Assembly (NCBI GenBank): GCA_913061285.1
Contig: CAJXVR010000001.1
Span: 4,554-68,553 of the forward strand
DNA: 64,000 nt
Direction: 5' to 3'
DNA from: an uncultured Verrucomicrobiota bacterium
Lineage (GTDB): Bacteria > Verrucomicrobiota > Verrucomicrobiia > Limisphaerales > AAA164-E04
Below, piece by piece: positions 17,578 to 27,183 of this stretch; positions within the stretch are counted from its first letter, which is position 1, and each line of letters begins with the position of its first letter. The notes under the pieces were generated by a model. It saw only the letters and a program-made list of their open reading frames with translations. It was not told where the DNA came from and ran no database searches. Both the position numbers and the translations under genes were made by a program.

Positions 17578-20117
17578 TGTTTCGAGAGCGTTTCGTCCAG
17601 GTTTAGAATCAGACTACAGATAGCCGTGTAGGCGGCATGATCGATGGGATCAAGATCAGGAGCGGCGCTGTGCTGACCTTCAGCGAGTAAGGCGTCCGCC
17701 ATGGCCGGGGCGGATCCATAGCGTTCCTTGAGCTGGGCGAGACGGTTTTCAAGGATAGCTTTTTCTTCATCGTGCGGGGCTCGGCCAGTTGTCCACAAAA
17801 AGGCTTGGCTCAGGCGCTCAGCGTCAGACGCACTCCCGCGTATCGTGCGTTCAGCCATCGCTCTTGCCGCCTCGGTATAGGTCACATCGTTGAGCGTGGC
17901 GAGGGCGTGCAGAGGAGTGTTAGTTCGCGAGGCTTTAACGACACAGGTCTGACGTTTCGCCGCATCGAAGAACATTGTTGGGCCGATGATTCGCCGCCAG
18001 AAAGTGTAGAGACTTCGCCGGTAGAGCGCTGCTCCGGTATCGGCTTTGTATTTCTTGTTCCCGAAACTGAAATCAGCCCAGACGCCATCGGGCTGGTAGG
18101 GTTTTACGGGTGGCCCTCCGATTTGATCGACGAGAAGTCCCGCGGCAGCGAGCGCTTGATCACGAATCATCCACGAGGGGAGGCGATATCGAGGGCCTCG
18201 GGCATAAAGGAGATTCTCTGGGTCTTTCTCCAGCTTGTCTGGGCTGACCCGTGAGCTTTGTCGATAGGTGGCGGAGCGAACGAGTTGACGGTGAAGACGT
18301 TTGATGTTCCACCCTTGGTCGCGAAAGTCAGAGGCCAACCAATCGAGGAGCCGTGGGTGGGAGGGGCGGCTTCCCTGGCTGCCGAAATCTTCCGGAGTCG
18401 TGACGAGTCCTTGCCCGAAGAAGAGGGCCCATTGTCGATTGACGAAAACCCTCGAGGTGAGGGGATTTGTATCAGCGACCAGCCATTGAGCGAGGCCAAG
18501 TCGGTTTCTGGAAGCGTCTTTAGGCATGGGAGGCAAGGCACCTGGCGTGGCTGCGCTTACTGCTTCACCAGGATTGTTGTAAAGCCCACGATTGAGCAGA
18601 AATGACTCTCGAGGTTCTGCGCGGTCTGCCATGACCATGACTTTTGGAATGCGCTTTTTGATTGCCGCCAAGTGCTGACGAAGAGATTTTAGTTGCTTGA
18701 GCTTAGAGCTATAGGCTTCGAGGCTGTGGGGGAGGGATTTCACAAGGGTATCGATCTGAGCATCGCTCCGCTTCTCAAGATTCTCTTGAAGAATCGTTGC
18801 GATATCGGGCTTGTTGACTTCCTGCTTGAGTCGTTCCTCGTTGGCTTTCTCAAAGGCGATGATCGTTCTTTCGAGAGCCGCTTTCTCCTTGGTGGTCGCT
18901 CTTTGCAGTGTGAGGTCGCTGTCAGACGGGAGCTCAATGACGGGCGGTGTTTGTGGATCGCCTCCCCCTCCTGTCACTGGGGTTTGGTTGAAGAAGGCAA
19001 AGAGCCCATAGTAGTCTCGTTGACTCAGGGGATCGAACTTATGGTCGTGACAGCGGCAGCAATTGACGGTGAGCCCTAACCAGACGGTACCCATGGTTTC
19101 CGCCATATCCATGACGTAGTCGATCCGATTCTCTTCTGGAATTCGGCCGCCTTCGCCGTTGATCATGTGATTGCGATTGAAACCAGTGGCGAGGATTTGC
19201 TCGGTTGTGGGATGAGGGAGCAGGTCTCCGGCAAGTTGCTTGATAGTGAATTCGTCAAAGGGCGTGTTGCGGTTAAATTCTGAGGCTGCCCAATCTCGCC
19301 AGGGCCACATCGTTCGTTCCCGGTCTCCTTGATAGCCGTTCGAATCCGCGTAGCGAGCAGCATCTAGCCAATCCCAGACCATCCGTTCACCGTAGCGAGG
19401 TGAGGCGAGCAGGCGATCGACGAGACGCTCATAGGCGTCGGGACGTGAATCGTTCACGAAGGCCTTGATTGCTTCCGCCGTCGGGGGGAGTCCGTGCAGG
19501 TCAAGTGTGAGTCGGCGAATGAGTTCTTCTCGAGAGGCTTCTGGAGCTGGCTCTAGTGTGTTGAGCTGATGATGCTCTTGAATGAAGAGATCGATTTCGT
19601 TCGTGACCCAATCAGGGGCCGATGGTCTAGGGAGCGATGGTGTCGCGATTGGTTCGAAGGCCCAATGACGTTGCCAAGCTGCTCCATCAATGACCCACTG
19701 TTCGAGAAGAGCGATTTGTTTTGCCGAGAGCGGATGGTTTGCTTCTGGCGGTGGCATCAGTTCATCGGGATCGCTACTAAGGATTCGTTGTAGCGCTTCA
19801 CTCCCCTCCGGGTTTCGTGGAACAAAAGGACCGGGAACCCCTGCCGATCCGAGCAGTCCTTCCTTGGTGTCTAGTCTCAGCCGTGCTTTTCGGTTCTCTG
19901 CATCTGGACCGTGGCATGGATAACAATGCTCTGAGAGGATGGGGCGAATATCTCGGTCAAAGTTACTGGCGGCTTCTGTCGACGCCGTGGTGCCGATCAA
20001 ACCCGCCCCGATCACAGTGGATAGCATCTTGATCCAAACTGATGTTTGGCCCTGATGCCGGCGGATCCAGGGACGTTCGCTTATTGATAATTCGGTGATC
20101 AGTTTCGGCCTTATCAT
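17574..20117 (-). CDS. PSCyt1-PSCyt2(DUF1549)-PSD1(DUF1553) protein
   Basis: N-terminal IRPILSEHCYPCHG heme motif followed by MPPPE...WVIDGAAW, then a long DUF1549/DUF1553-like body including CCRCHDHKFDP. The true start may be the internal MLSTVIGAG at 20027. Confidence 0.85.
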   Translation of the reverse strand: MIRPKLITELSISERPWIRRHQGQTSVWIKMLSTVIGAGLIGTTASTEAASNFDRDIRPILSEHCYPCHGPDAENRKARLRLDTKEGLLGSAGVPGPFVPRNPEGSEALQRILSSDPDELMPPPEANHPLSAKQIALLEQWVIDGAAWQRHWAFEPIATPSLPRPSAPDWVTNEIDLFIQEHHQLNTLEPAPEASREELIRRLTLDLHGLPPTAEAIKAFVNDSRPDAYERLVDRLLASPRYGERMVWDWLDAARYADSNGYQGDRERTMWPWRDWAASEFNRNTPFDEFTIKQLAGDLLPHPTTEQILATGFNRNHMINGEGGRIPEENRIDYVMDMAETMGTVWLGLTVNCCRCHDHKFDPLSQRDYYGLFAFFNQTPVTGGGGDPQTPPVIELPSDSDLTLQRATTKEKAALERTIIAFEKANEERLKQEVNKPDIATILQENLEKRSDAQIDTLVKSLPHSLEAYSSKLKQLKSLRQHLAAIKKRIPKVMVMADRAEPRESFLLNRGLYNNPGEAVSAATPGALPPMPKDASRNRLGLAQWLVADTNPLTSRVFVNRQWALFFGQGLVTTPEDFGSQGSRPSHPRLLDWLASDFRDQGWNIKRLHRQLVRSATYRQSSRVSPDKLEKDPENLLYARGPRYRLPSWMIRDQALAAAGLLVDQIGGPPVKPYQPDGVWADFSFGNKKYKADTGAALYRRSLYTFWRRIIGPTMFFDAAKRQTCVVKASRTNTPLHALATLNDVTYTEAARAMAERTIRGSASDAERLSQAFLWTTGRAPHDEEKAILENRLAQLKERYGSAPAMADALLAEGQHSAAPDLDPIDHAAYTAICSLILNLDETLSKQ

Positions 20118-20340
20118 TCGTTGGTCAATCGGTCTCTGATCAAATCGATCGGGTCGATTTTCGTCAACGCGTAAACCTCGAGGGTTTATTCACGATTCGC
20201 GGGAGGGCGTGGGGGGATTTGTACGAGTGAATCGAAAACCGAGGAGAGAGGATTCTACTATTGTGGATCTTTTGGAATAGATAACATAGTCAATCGGCTT
20301 TATGTTTTCAGACGTCGTGAATGGATAGAGAGCAAATCTT

Positions 20341-20610
20341 ATGACTGCCAATAGTCCCGTAAACGAACTAGAGGAGCATGAATTGTGTTACGCTTGTCTT
20401 GGCGTCAACGAGCCCTGGGTGCCATTTTGTCGTCATTGCCGCTCCCCATTGACCGCATATGCGGCGATAGGGCCGATCGAGAAGGCCTATGCCTTAGGGG
20501 TGTTTGCCCGGAAAGGTGTTAAGCATCCCAATTTGCTTGTCCGATGGCTGGTAAGCTTGCTCGTGTGGACCTTGCTGATCAGTATTTTGATGGGACTCAT
20601 GTTGCCTTAG
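20341..20610 (+). CDS. Small zinc-ribbon membrane protein (hypothetical)
   Basis: 89 aa. CYAC...CRHC (two CxxC pairs) followed by the C-terminal hydrophobic helix WLVSLLVWTLLISILMGLML. Confidence 0.45.
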   Translation: MTANSPVNELEEHELCYACLGVNEPWVPFCRHCRSPLTAYAAIGPIEKAYALGVFARKGVKHPNLLVRWLVSLLVWTLLISILMGLMLP

Positions 20611-20642
20611 GGGGGCGTGCTGCCTTGTGGCGGTGGGATCGG

Positions 20643-21623
20643 TCAGAGGAAAAAGGCGAGAAGCCAAATCAGGATCACCAGTAGGCTACCCCAAATCAGG
20701 ATGGCAATGCGTGTTGCTTTCTTTGCTCGCCCTGTTTCCCACCAAGTTTTTGGGCGGATTCCCTGGGCGAGAAAGGTTAGTACTCCGGAAAGATTCACAC
20801 AAATAATATTCGTGCTGAATAGAAGCAGCGCACCGCTTGACATTCCGACGTGATTCGAACCGAGCAGTAGACCGAAGACGACGAGTGGAGGCATTAAGGC
20901 CACGGCAACCATGACGCCCACGAGGGCGGCTGAGACCCCGGTGGTGAATGCCAAGGCTCCGGCGCTCCCCGCCGCGAGGGCTAGAATCAGATCGCTGACG
21001 GACACTTCAGTTCTCAATTTGATTGCCGCGAGCTCGAGGTTTGGTGGGGAAAAGAATCCGAGAACGATGGAGAATGAAACCGTCAGGAAGACTCCGATCA
21101 TGGTTGTCTTGAGCGCTTTCCTAACCAGATTCATATCTCCCAAGGTTGTGCCGAGGGCAAGTGCCATATTTGGAGTTAGGAGCGGAGCGATGACCATGGC
21201 GCCGATGATAATTGCAACATCGTCGCGAAGTAATCCGATCGCGGCGACCATTGCTGAGAGCAGTACAGTTGCGAAGAAGACGCGGTTTGGGTTGACGCCG
21301 CTTGCCAGGTCATTGAGCAGCTCTACACGGTTGATTCGCTGCGGAGAGGCTTTCTGGCCGATGATGGTCCTTGGCTTGATAACTGGAATGGTTCCCTCAA
21401 CGGGAAGAATGGTGATTCGAAACCGCTCGTCGTGGGAGAAATTTCTTTCCAGATGATCAATAACCGCTTCGGTCTTGGTAGTTTCTATGAGTATGCGAAC
21501 CAGCGTTTGTTCTGCCTCCATTGACTGGAACGTCGTACTAATCACCGCCACATCGGCAAGGGCGTTGCGTACTTTTGCTTGCGTGTTCTCAGGGATAGTG
21601 ATTTCGAGCTGTCGCAGCGCCAT
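20643..21623 (-). CDS. DUF389 (TIGR00341-type) membrane protein
   Basis: MALRQLEITIPEN at the N-terminus, a soluble domain, then multiple hydrophobic helices. The track start at 21701 is a TTG; the ATG at 21623 matches the usual family N-terminus. Confidence 0.7.
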   Translation of the reverse strand: MALRQLEITIPENTQAKVRNALADVAVISTTFQSMEAEQTLVRILIETTKTEAVIDHLERNFSHDERFRITILPVEGTIPVIKPRTIIGQKASPQRINRVELLNDLASGVNPNRVFFATVLLSAMVAAIGLLRDDVAIIIGAMVIAPLLTPNMALALGTTLGDMNLVRKALKTTMIGVFLTVSFSIVLGFFSPPNLELAAIKLRTEVSVSDLILALAAGSAGALAFTTGVSAALVGVMVAVALMPPLVVFGLLLGSNHVGMSSGALLLFSTNIICVNLSGVLTFLAQGIRPKTWWETGRAKKATRIAILIWGSLLVILIWLLAFFL

Positions 21624-21870
21624 AGGGTTTGAGTAGGAAGAAGGTCCGTCTGATCGAGTTTGAGTTGAAGGAGAATCTGCCTGCCTACGCTTCCAGTTCA
21701 AGCGTTACTTTTTTCTCTCGGTATTCTCTGGCAGGTGCGTGTCGATGGGGCTTCTACGATAATGGGCTTGGGACGGATGATCTCCATGAGAGGATTTTAA
21801 TCTCTTTGCTTGCTTATAGGAGGCTTAGTTGATCGGATAGATCTCACCCTGGATCCTGTATTAGGAAGTT

Positions 21871-22455
21871 GTGAAGTATTATTTGCATGGAATTGATCAA
21901 ACGATTTGTCATCCATTGATCGTTGGATCACAGGTGTTGGGACGATGTCCAGATGTGGCAATCTGTATAGACGATCCGTCCATCTCATCAAAACACGGGG
22001 AGATTGAGTTGCGCGCTGATGGATGCGTGATGGTGCGGGATTTGGGTTCGACAAATGGAACCTTCCTTGGAACCGAAAAGATTACCGAGGTGTCGGTTGT
22101 GTTAGGGCAAGAACTGTGTTTCGGAAATGTGCGGCTCAAGCTGGATGATGAGCCGGTGAATGTTTATGTGCCGGCGCCCGAGGTGCCTGAGCAAGCAATG
22201 CCCAGCTCAATGCCTGATGGTGAACCCGCTTGTCTGCTCCATCCTGGAGTGAATGCTGTTCATCGGTGTAAGAAGTGTGGGCATGCTCTTTGTGATCACT
22301 GCGTACGCCGTTTGGGGCTAAAAGGGCGGACAAGAGTATTCTGTATGAATTGTTCGGGGCCGTGCCGTCCGATTAATCTCAATCGGGGCCGATCCAGGAA
22401 GGAAGGGCGATACCGACAGCTTCTTGTGAAGGTAAGGGAGTTCTTCCGCGATTAG
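21871..22455 (+). CDS. FHA-domain protein with a C-terminal B-box-like zinc finger
   Basis: FHA signature GRCPDVAICIDDPSISSKHGEI...DLGSTNGTFL. It is followed by C-x2-H-x8-C-x2-C-x4-C-x2-C...C-x2-C. GTG start with AGGAAG 4 nt upstream. Confidence 0.7.
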   Translation: MKYYLHGIDQTICHPLIVGSQVLGRCPDVAICIDDPSISSKHGEIELRADGCVMVRDLGSTNGTFLGTEKITEVSVVLGQELCFGNVRLKLDDEPVNVYVPAPEVPEQAMPSSMPDGEPACLLHPGVNAVHRCKKCGHALCDHCVRRLGLKGRTRVFCMNCSGPCRPINLNRGRSRKEGRYRQLLVKVREFFRD

Positions 22456-22554
22456 TGGGTTGTTGTTGGAGCGGGCCTGAGGATTAGATGAGTCGATGCT
22501 CTCATTGGTATTTTCGATTCTGCTGAGACGGCGAGGTCGTTTAGCTTGGCTTTC

Positions 22555-22830
22555 ATGAGTCTGGGTCTCAGTTATTTCTTCATCGGTCTGATTGTCGTGT
22601 CCCTTGGATCATTGATCCTCATGCCCTATTCTTGGATGCCCACCGCCACGATCTGGATACGGCTTGTCCTCTTGTTCTTTGTTGGGGGCTTTGCCATTTT
22701 TGGTTTCTTGGCCTCTGCTGAATTGGCGATGGGCTCTGGACGGGCAGGATTTCAGTGGTTCTATTGCAGTCTGTTTCTAGCTTGTTCTGTCAGCGTTTTT
22801 TGTGGGTTGAGACGGATCTTCCGTCGATAG
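22555..22830 (+). CDS. Small hydrophobic protein (three predicted helices)
   Basis: An ATG at 22555 lies inside the TTG-started track ORF. The sequence is strongly hydrophobic and I recognise no family. Confidence 0.4.
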   Translation: MSLGLSYFFIGLIVVSLGSLILMPYSWMPTATIWIRLVLLFFVGGFAIFGFLASAELAMGSGRAGFQWFYCSLFLACSVSVFCGLRRIFRR

Positions 22831-22892
22831 AGAAGGGGGCGGTTCTGCTTTCGCCCCTTGCTATGATTCAGGCACTGCACTTTACTGGTTTC

Positions 22893-25031
22893 ATGAAATT
22901 CGGATCACTTCTCGTTGCCCTTAGTGCATTCCTTTCTTGTGGTGCTGTTGCCGATACGGTGCCCTACGTGGACCATCCCTATGGTCAGGAGATTTCCCAT
23001 CATTTCACGCTTGAGGATGGACTGCCGCCGGGGGGGATCAAAACCATTGAGTTCAATTCGAAAGGCGATCCTATTGTGAGGACCGATCTCGGAGGAGCGC
23101 GATATACTGACGGAGAGTGGGAGTCATTCGATTCAGTCGATCCTTCAGCGACTTGGCCCTTCGAAAGACCATTGGGTTTGCGCCTAAACCACCTCTCGAT
23201 GAGCGAAACGGGGGCGATGCTTGCCGCGGGCCGGGACGGTTTATACGAACGCCGCAAGGGTGGGAAGTGGATCAAACTTGAGGTCAAGGATGGGCTTGGG
23301 AGGCGATGGGGTGGGGACGATGTTCGAGCCGCGATCTACGATAGTCAGGGGAGACTATGGTTTGGAGTGCTTGCGGGACTTGCCTGTCGGGAAGCGGATG
23401 GGCAATGGCGATTCTACGAGGGGGCTGATGGCTTGCCCTACAATGAATTTACCTGCGCCGCTGCCGGTAACGACGGTAGCATTTGGCTTGGCACTAGCAA
23501 GGGAGTCATTCGCTTCAATGCTGGCCGATGGCACTACCGACAGGGCAAGCGGTGGCTTCTTGATGATGAGGTGCATTCGATCGCGATCGATGGATCTGGA
23601 ACGGCATGGATTGGGACGAAGGGTGGGGTGAGCAAGATTGAGTTTCGGGCGATGACGCTCGGGCAGAAGGCTGAGATCTATGAGGAAGAAATCGACCGTT
23701 TGATTAAGCGTACCCCGTATGGCTACTTGGCGCCAGTTCGATTGAAAGCCCCCGGAGATCGTTCGGATTCAATCAAGGGTGACAATGATAACGATGGCTT
23801 GTGGACAAGCATGTATGGGGCGGGGCAGTGCTTTGCCTTTGCTGCCACTGGGAAGATAGAAGCGAGAGACCGCGCGCGGCAGGTCTTTGAGGCGCTTCGG
23901 TTTCTGCAACGAGTGACCCAGGGCGGAGAACCCAGCCCTCCGAACGGATATGTGGCCCGGTCAATTCGTTCCACCGATTTGCCTGACCCGAACATTGGAC
24001 GAGTCGAACGGGACAGAGTGAAACGAGCGACTGATGATCGATTATGGAAGGTATATGAACCGCGATGGCCCAAGAGTGAGGATGGGAGGTGGTACTGGAA
24101 GAGCGATACAAGTTCGGATGAGCTGGATGGGCACTATTTTTTCTACGGTCTCTACTACGATCTGGTTGCAGGCTCCGACGCGGAGAAAGAAGAAGTTCGA
24201 GCCGTTGTGCGCGCTCTGACCAACCATCTGATTGAGAATGACTTCAACCTGACTGATCATGACGGCAAACCCACTCGCTGGGGTTTCTTTGGACCCCGTA
24301 GTATGAACCATGATGAGAATTGGCAGGTCGAGCGAGGGCTGAATTCGTTAAGTCTCCTTTCTTACCTCACCGTTGCAGAACACGTGACCGGAGATGCCGT
24401 TTACAGCGAGACCTTGAGGGAACTACGTGACGTACACGCCTATGATGCGAATGCGATGGTTCCAAAGATTCAACGAGGCATCGGATCCGGAAACCAGTCT
24501 GATGATGAAATGGCTTTCATGGGTTTCTACGATCTCCTTCGTTACAGCAAGGATCAGCATTTTCGGGGACGCTTGCTCAAGGCATTCTATCCTTACTGGA
24601 CGCTTGAACAACCGGAGTTGAATCCGTTTTTCAATTTTGTCTATGCCGCTTGCGGACGAGGTAAGGAAGTGGGCGACCCTTGGGGGGTTCACTCAGTAGA
24701 GCCGTGGACCGGGTGGTTGGATGAGTCGATAGGCTCTCTGCGGGCTTTCTCTCTGGACCGGGCCAATTGGGCACACTCGAATAGTCATCGGCTCGATCTT
24801 ATCAGGCTTCCTCGACAACAATCGATCGACCCTTTTTCGCTTTCAACTCGGGACCGTGGGGTTCGCGTGAACGGCAAAGCGCTTCCAGTTGACGAGCGTC
24901 ATTTCAACCATTGGAACACAGATGCATTTCAGCTGGATTATGGAGGGGATGGTTCGGTTCTTGCCTGCGGAACGGTGTTCCTGTTGCCTTACTACATGGG
25001 GCTCTACCATGGGTTCATCGAATCTCCTTAA
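22893..25031 (+). CDS. Secreted protein: Reg_prop-type beta-propeller repeats plus a large uncharacterised C-terminal domain
   Basis: MKFGSLLVALSAFLSCGAVA is a signal peptide. The repeats GRLWFGVLAGL, GSIWLGTSKGVIRF and GTAWIGTKGGVSKI match two-component-regulator propeller repeats. The track N-terminus (22755) overlaps the previous gene and is probably an artefact. Confidence 0.7.
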   Translation: MKFGSLLVALSAFLSCGAVADTVPYVDHPYGQEISHHFTLEDGLPPGGIKTIEFNSKGDPIVRTDLGGARYTDGEWESFDSVDPSATWPFERPLGLRLNHLSMSETGAMLAAGRDGLYERRKGGKWIKLEVKDGLGRRWGGDDVRAAIYDSQGRLWFGVLAGLACREADGQWRFYEGADGLPYNEFTCAAAGNDGSIWLGTSKGVIRFNAGRWHYRQGKRWLLDDEVHSIAIDGSGTAWIGTKGGVSKIEFRAMTLGQKAEIYEEEIDRLIKRTPYGYLAPVRLKAPGDRSDSIKGDNDNDGLWTSMYGAGQCFAFAATGKIEARDRARQVFEALRFLQRVTQGGEPSPPNGYVARSIRSTDLPDPNIGRVERDRVKRATDDRLWKVYEPRWPKSEDGRWYWKSDTSSDELDGHYFFYGLYYDLVAGSDAEKEEVRAVVRALTNHLIENDFNLTDHDGKPTRWGFFGPRSMNHDENWQVERGLNSLSLLSYLTVAEHVTGDAVYSETLRELRDVHAYDANAMVPKIQRGIGSGNQSDDEMAFMGFYDLLRYSKDQHFRGRLLKAFYPYWTLEQPELNPFFNFVYAACGRGKEVGDPWGVHSVEPWTGWLDESIGSLRAFSLDRANWAHSNSHRLDLIRLPRQQSIDPFSLSTRDRGVRVNGKALPVDERHFNHWNTDAFQLDYGGDGSVLACGTVFLLPYYMGLYHGFIESP

Positions 25032-25077
25032 GGGAAGGGGCCTTCGTAGATGGGAGTCGAACGTGACGTTCCGGTCC

Positions 25078-27183
25078 TTACTCCACGGTAATCGTTTTCC
25101 ACCGTACCGTGCTGCGGCCAGCACGATCCACGACGGATGCCCGGAGTCGATAGAGCCCCGGAGTTTCAAGTTCCAATGGGAGGATTCCTGATTTGGAGTC
25201 ATAGCGGCTACTGACATGTTGATAGGTGTTGGCTCCTGGGCCATAGAGCTGCCAGATTACTTTGGAGTTGTGCCAAATGCCTTCTTCATCGTGTTCGGGG
25301 CTAAAATAAACAGGAGAGCTAATCTCTTTGATTGTTGCCTGCGCAACGAGGAACAAGGGAGCTTTTCCGGTTTCCGCTGAGACAGCGATCGAGAGGCCTG
25401 GGGCGTTACCATCAGGTCGTATGGGCCAGCGAGGGCGATTGAAAACCGACTCCTCCATTTCGCTTTGAACAGTGATCTCACCGTTTTCAGCAATCGTGAC
25501 AATTTCTCGATAACCGCTGAGATCCAAATGGTCGAGGTCCCAGGCGAGATCGTAGGCAATGCCCTGACGATAGCAGCGTTCGATTTCAGCGGCGACCCTC
25601 GCAAGAATGTCCCTGATGCGCAGCCCGAAGGCGTTCTTCTTCTCGTAATTGAGAGGGGGAAGCCACCACATGGGCTCTTTACTTAGTAAGGTGTAACCGG
25701 CTGGAAATAGAATCATGACTTCCGCCGAACGCTGGAGTTGTTCTAAGTCTCGATCCGGGTGGTGCCGTGCGTAGTCGCTTATGAATTTGGAAAATTCGAG
25801 CTGTTCCTTGTATGGCACGTGGTGGCCTCGGTCACCCGTCCAAAAAAGGAAGAAGGAGGAGCCAAGGTCGTAGGCATAGGATAGGGCGCGGTAGACCTCG
25901 GGTACCGCAAACTGCCCGTAGATCGAAATGCCCCAAGTTTTTCCCGTGGTCCGAGCAGCCCCGCGCATCATGCCGTAGACCATGTCAAGCCAAGCCTGTT
26001 GATCGTGAGTTGGAATCTGAGCGCCAGTCCCGCTGTTGAAAAGCGCGAGGTCCCGGCTGCTGGCAGTTCGCCCTTCATAGACGATGCCACTTGGGGGGCC
26101 TTGCTTCTGAGCACGAAGTTGATAGGCACCCGAGGAAAGATGGACCTCCCACGACCACATGTTCTCCCTGGTGGCCATCATCGAGCCCATGTCGACGTCA
26201 GCCCGCTGCTCAAGGGCTCGTTGAAAGAGGGTCGGTCTGGCGTCATTGTTTGCTTTCTCAAAGAGCGTCTTGAAATGATCAAGGACCGATTCGATGGTGA
26301 TGCTTGAAGTGGATGCGGGATTGTTCTTCAGTAGCCTTTGCAATTCGAAGGACGTTCGAACCGCAGGTTCATCTAGATAGTCAGGGTTAGGCCCAAGATA
26401 GTTGCTGCGATAGAGGCATTCTGGAAAAGCAGTCGTTGAAGGATTGTCACCAGAGTAATAGACAGGCTTATTTAGAACGAGCGCGACGTGTTCGGCCGGA
26501 ACATTAAAAGTGGTTTGGCCGGCTGCGATTCGGATGGGGTAATCTTCAGGGAGGTATCGGGTGGTCTCGATCTCGGTATTATCAAAACGACGAGCAATAC
26601 CAAGGCCGCGGGTATCGTATTTGGCTCCAATGGCAAGGTCTTGGGGTAGGGGCAGCTTTGTAGTTTTTGGGATCTCAAGTGATTCTTCGATTCCGACGGA
26701 TTCCAATTTGAATACATGCCCAAGGAGAGCTACCTTTTTCGGGAAGACTTGATGCCCTTCGTTCGGGTCCGTGGCTCGAGGTAGCAAGTGCCTCCAATAG
26801 CCATGAGATGGAAGACTCGCCGTTCTTGTCCTCGAATCGATATATTCGAGAGGCATTTTCTTGGGCTCTTGGAAGATATAGCGAAGGGTGGCTTCCTCTG
26901 CTGGCGGTCTTGAAGCGGGTGGGTAGGTTTTGACGAGCATCGAGATGCAAAAGTGGGAATCGTTGGCTTTTGTGAAGTCTAACTTTAGCCATTGCGATTC
27001 CGCCTCCTTTTTTCCCCAAAGAACCGATAGCGTGACGATTTGGGACTCCCTTGCTGATGCTTCATTCAGATATCGATAAACGGCGACATCGCCAGGGCTC
27101 CCTTTTGATTGAGCAAGAACGGTGTTGGCACTGATGAGTCCCATGAGCAAGAGCAACGCTCGTGTGAAATGCTTTTGTAGCAT
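25078..27183 (-). CDS. Large secreted hypothetical protein
   Basis: 701 aa with the signal peptide MLQKHFTRALLLLMGLISANTVLAQS. I recognise no catalytic motif by eye. The C-terminal ~90 aa look like a beta-sandwich. Confidence 0.6.
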   Translation of the reverse strand: MLQKHFTRALLLLMGLISANTVLAQSKGSPGDVAVYRYLNEASARESQIVTLSVLWGKKEAESQWLKLDFTKANDSHFCISMLVKTYPPASRPPAEEATLRYIFQEPKKMPLEYIDSRTRTASLPSHGYWRHLLPRATDPNEGHQVFPKKVALLGHVFKLESVGIEESLEIPKTTKLPLPQDLAIGAKYDTRGLGIARRFDNTEIETTRYLPEDYPIRIAAGQTTFNVPAEHVALVLNKPVYYSGDNPSTTAFPECLYRSNYLGPNPDYLDEPAVRTSFELQRLLKNNPASTSSITIESVLDHFKTLFEKANNDARPTLFQRALEQRADVDMGSMMATRENMWSWEVHLSSGAYQLRAQKQGPPSGIVYEGRTASSRDLALFNSGTGAQIPTHDQQAWLDMVYGMMRGAARTTGKTWGISIYGQFAVPEVYRALSYAYDLGSSFFLFWTGDRGHHVPYKEQLEFSKFISDYARHHPDRDLEQLQRSAEVMILFPAGYTLLSKEPMWWLPPLNYEKKNAFGLRIRDILARVAAEIERCYRQGIAYDLAWDLDHLDLSGYREIVTIAENGEITVQSEMEESVFNRPRWPIRPDGNAPGLSIAVSAETGKAPLFLVAQATIKEISSPVYFSPEHDEEGIWHNSKVIWQLYGPGANTYQHVSSRYDSKSGILPLELETPGLYRLRASVVDRAGRSTVRWKTITVE

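Noticed and set aside
22755-22892. N-terminal extension of the 758-aa track ORF overlapping the small hydrophobic gene
   Set aside because: The internal ATG at 22893 gives a textbook signal peptide (MKFGSLLVALSAFLSCGAVA). The extension would overlap the preceding ORF by 76 nt in another frame.
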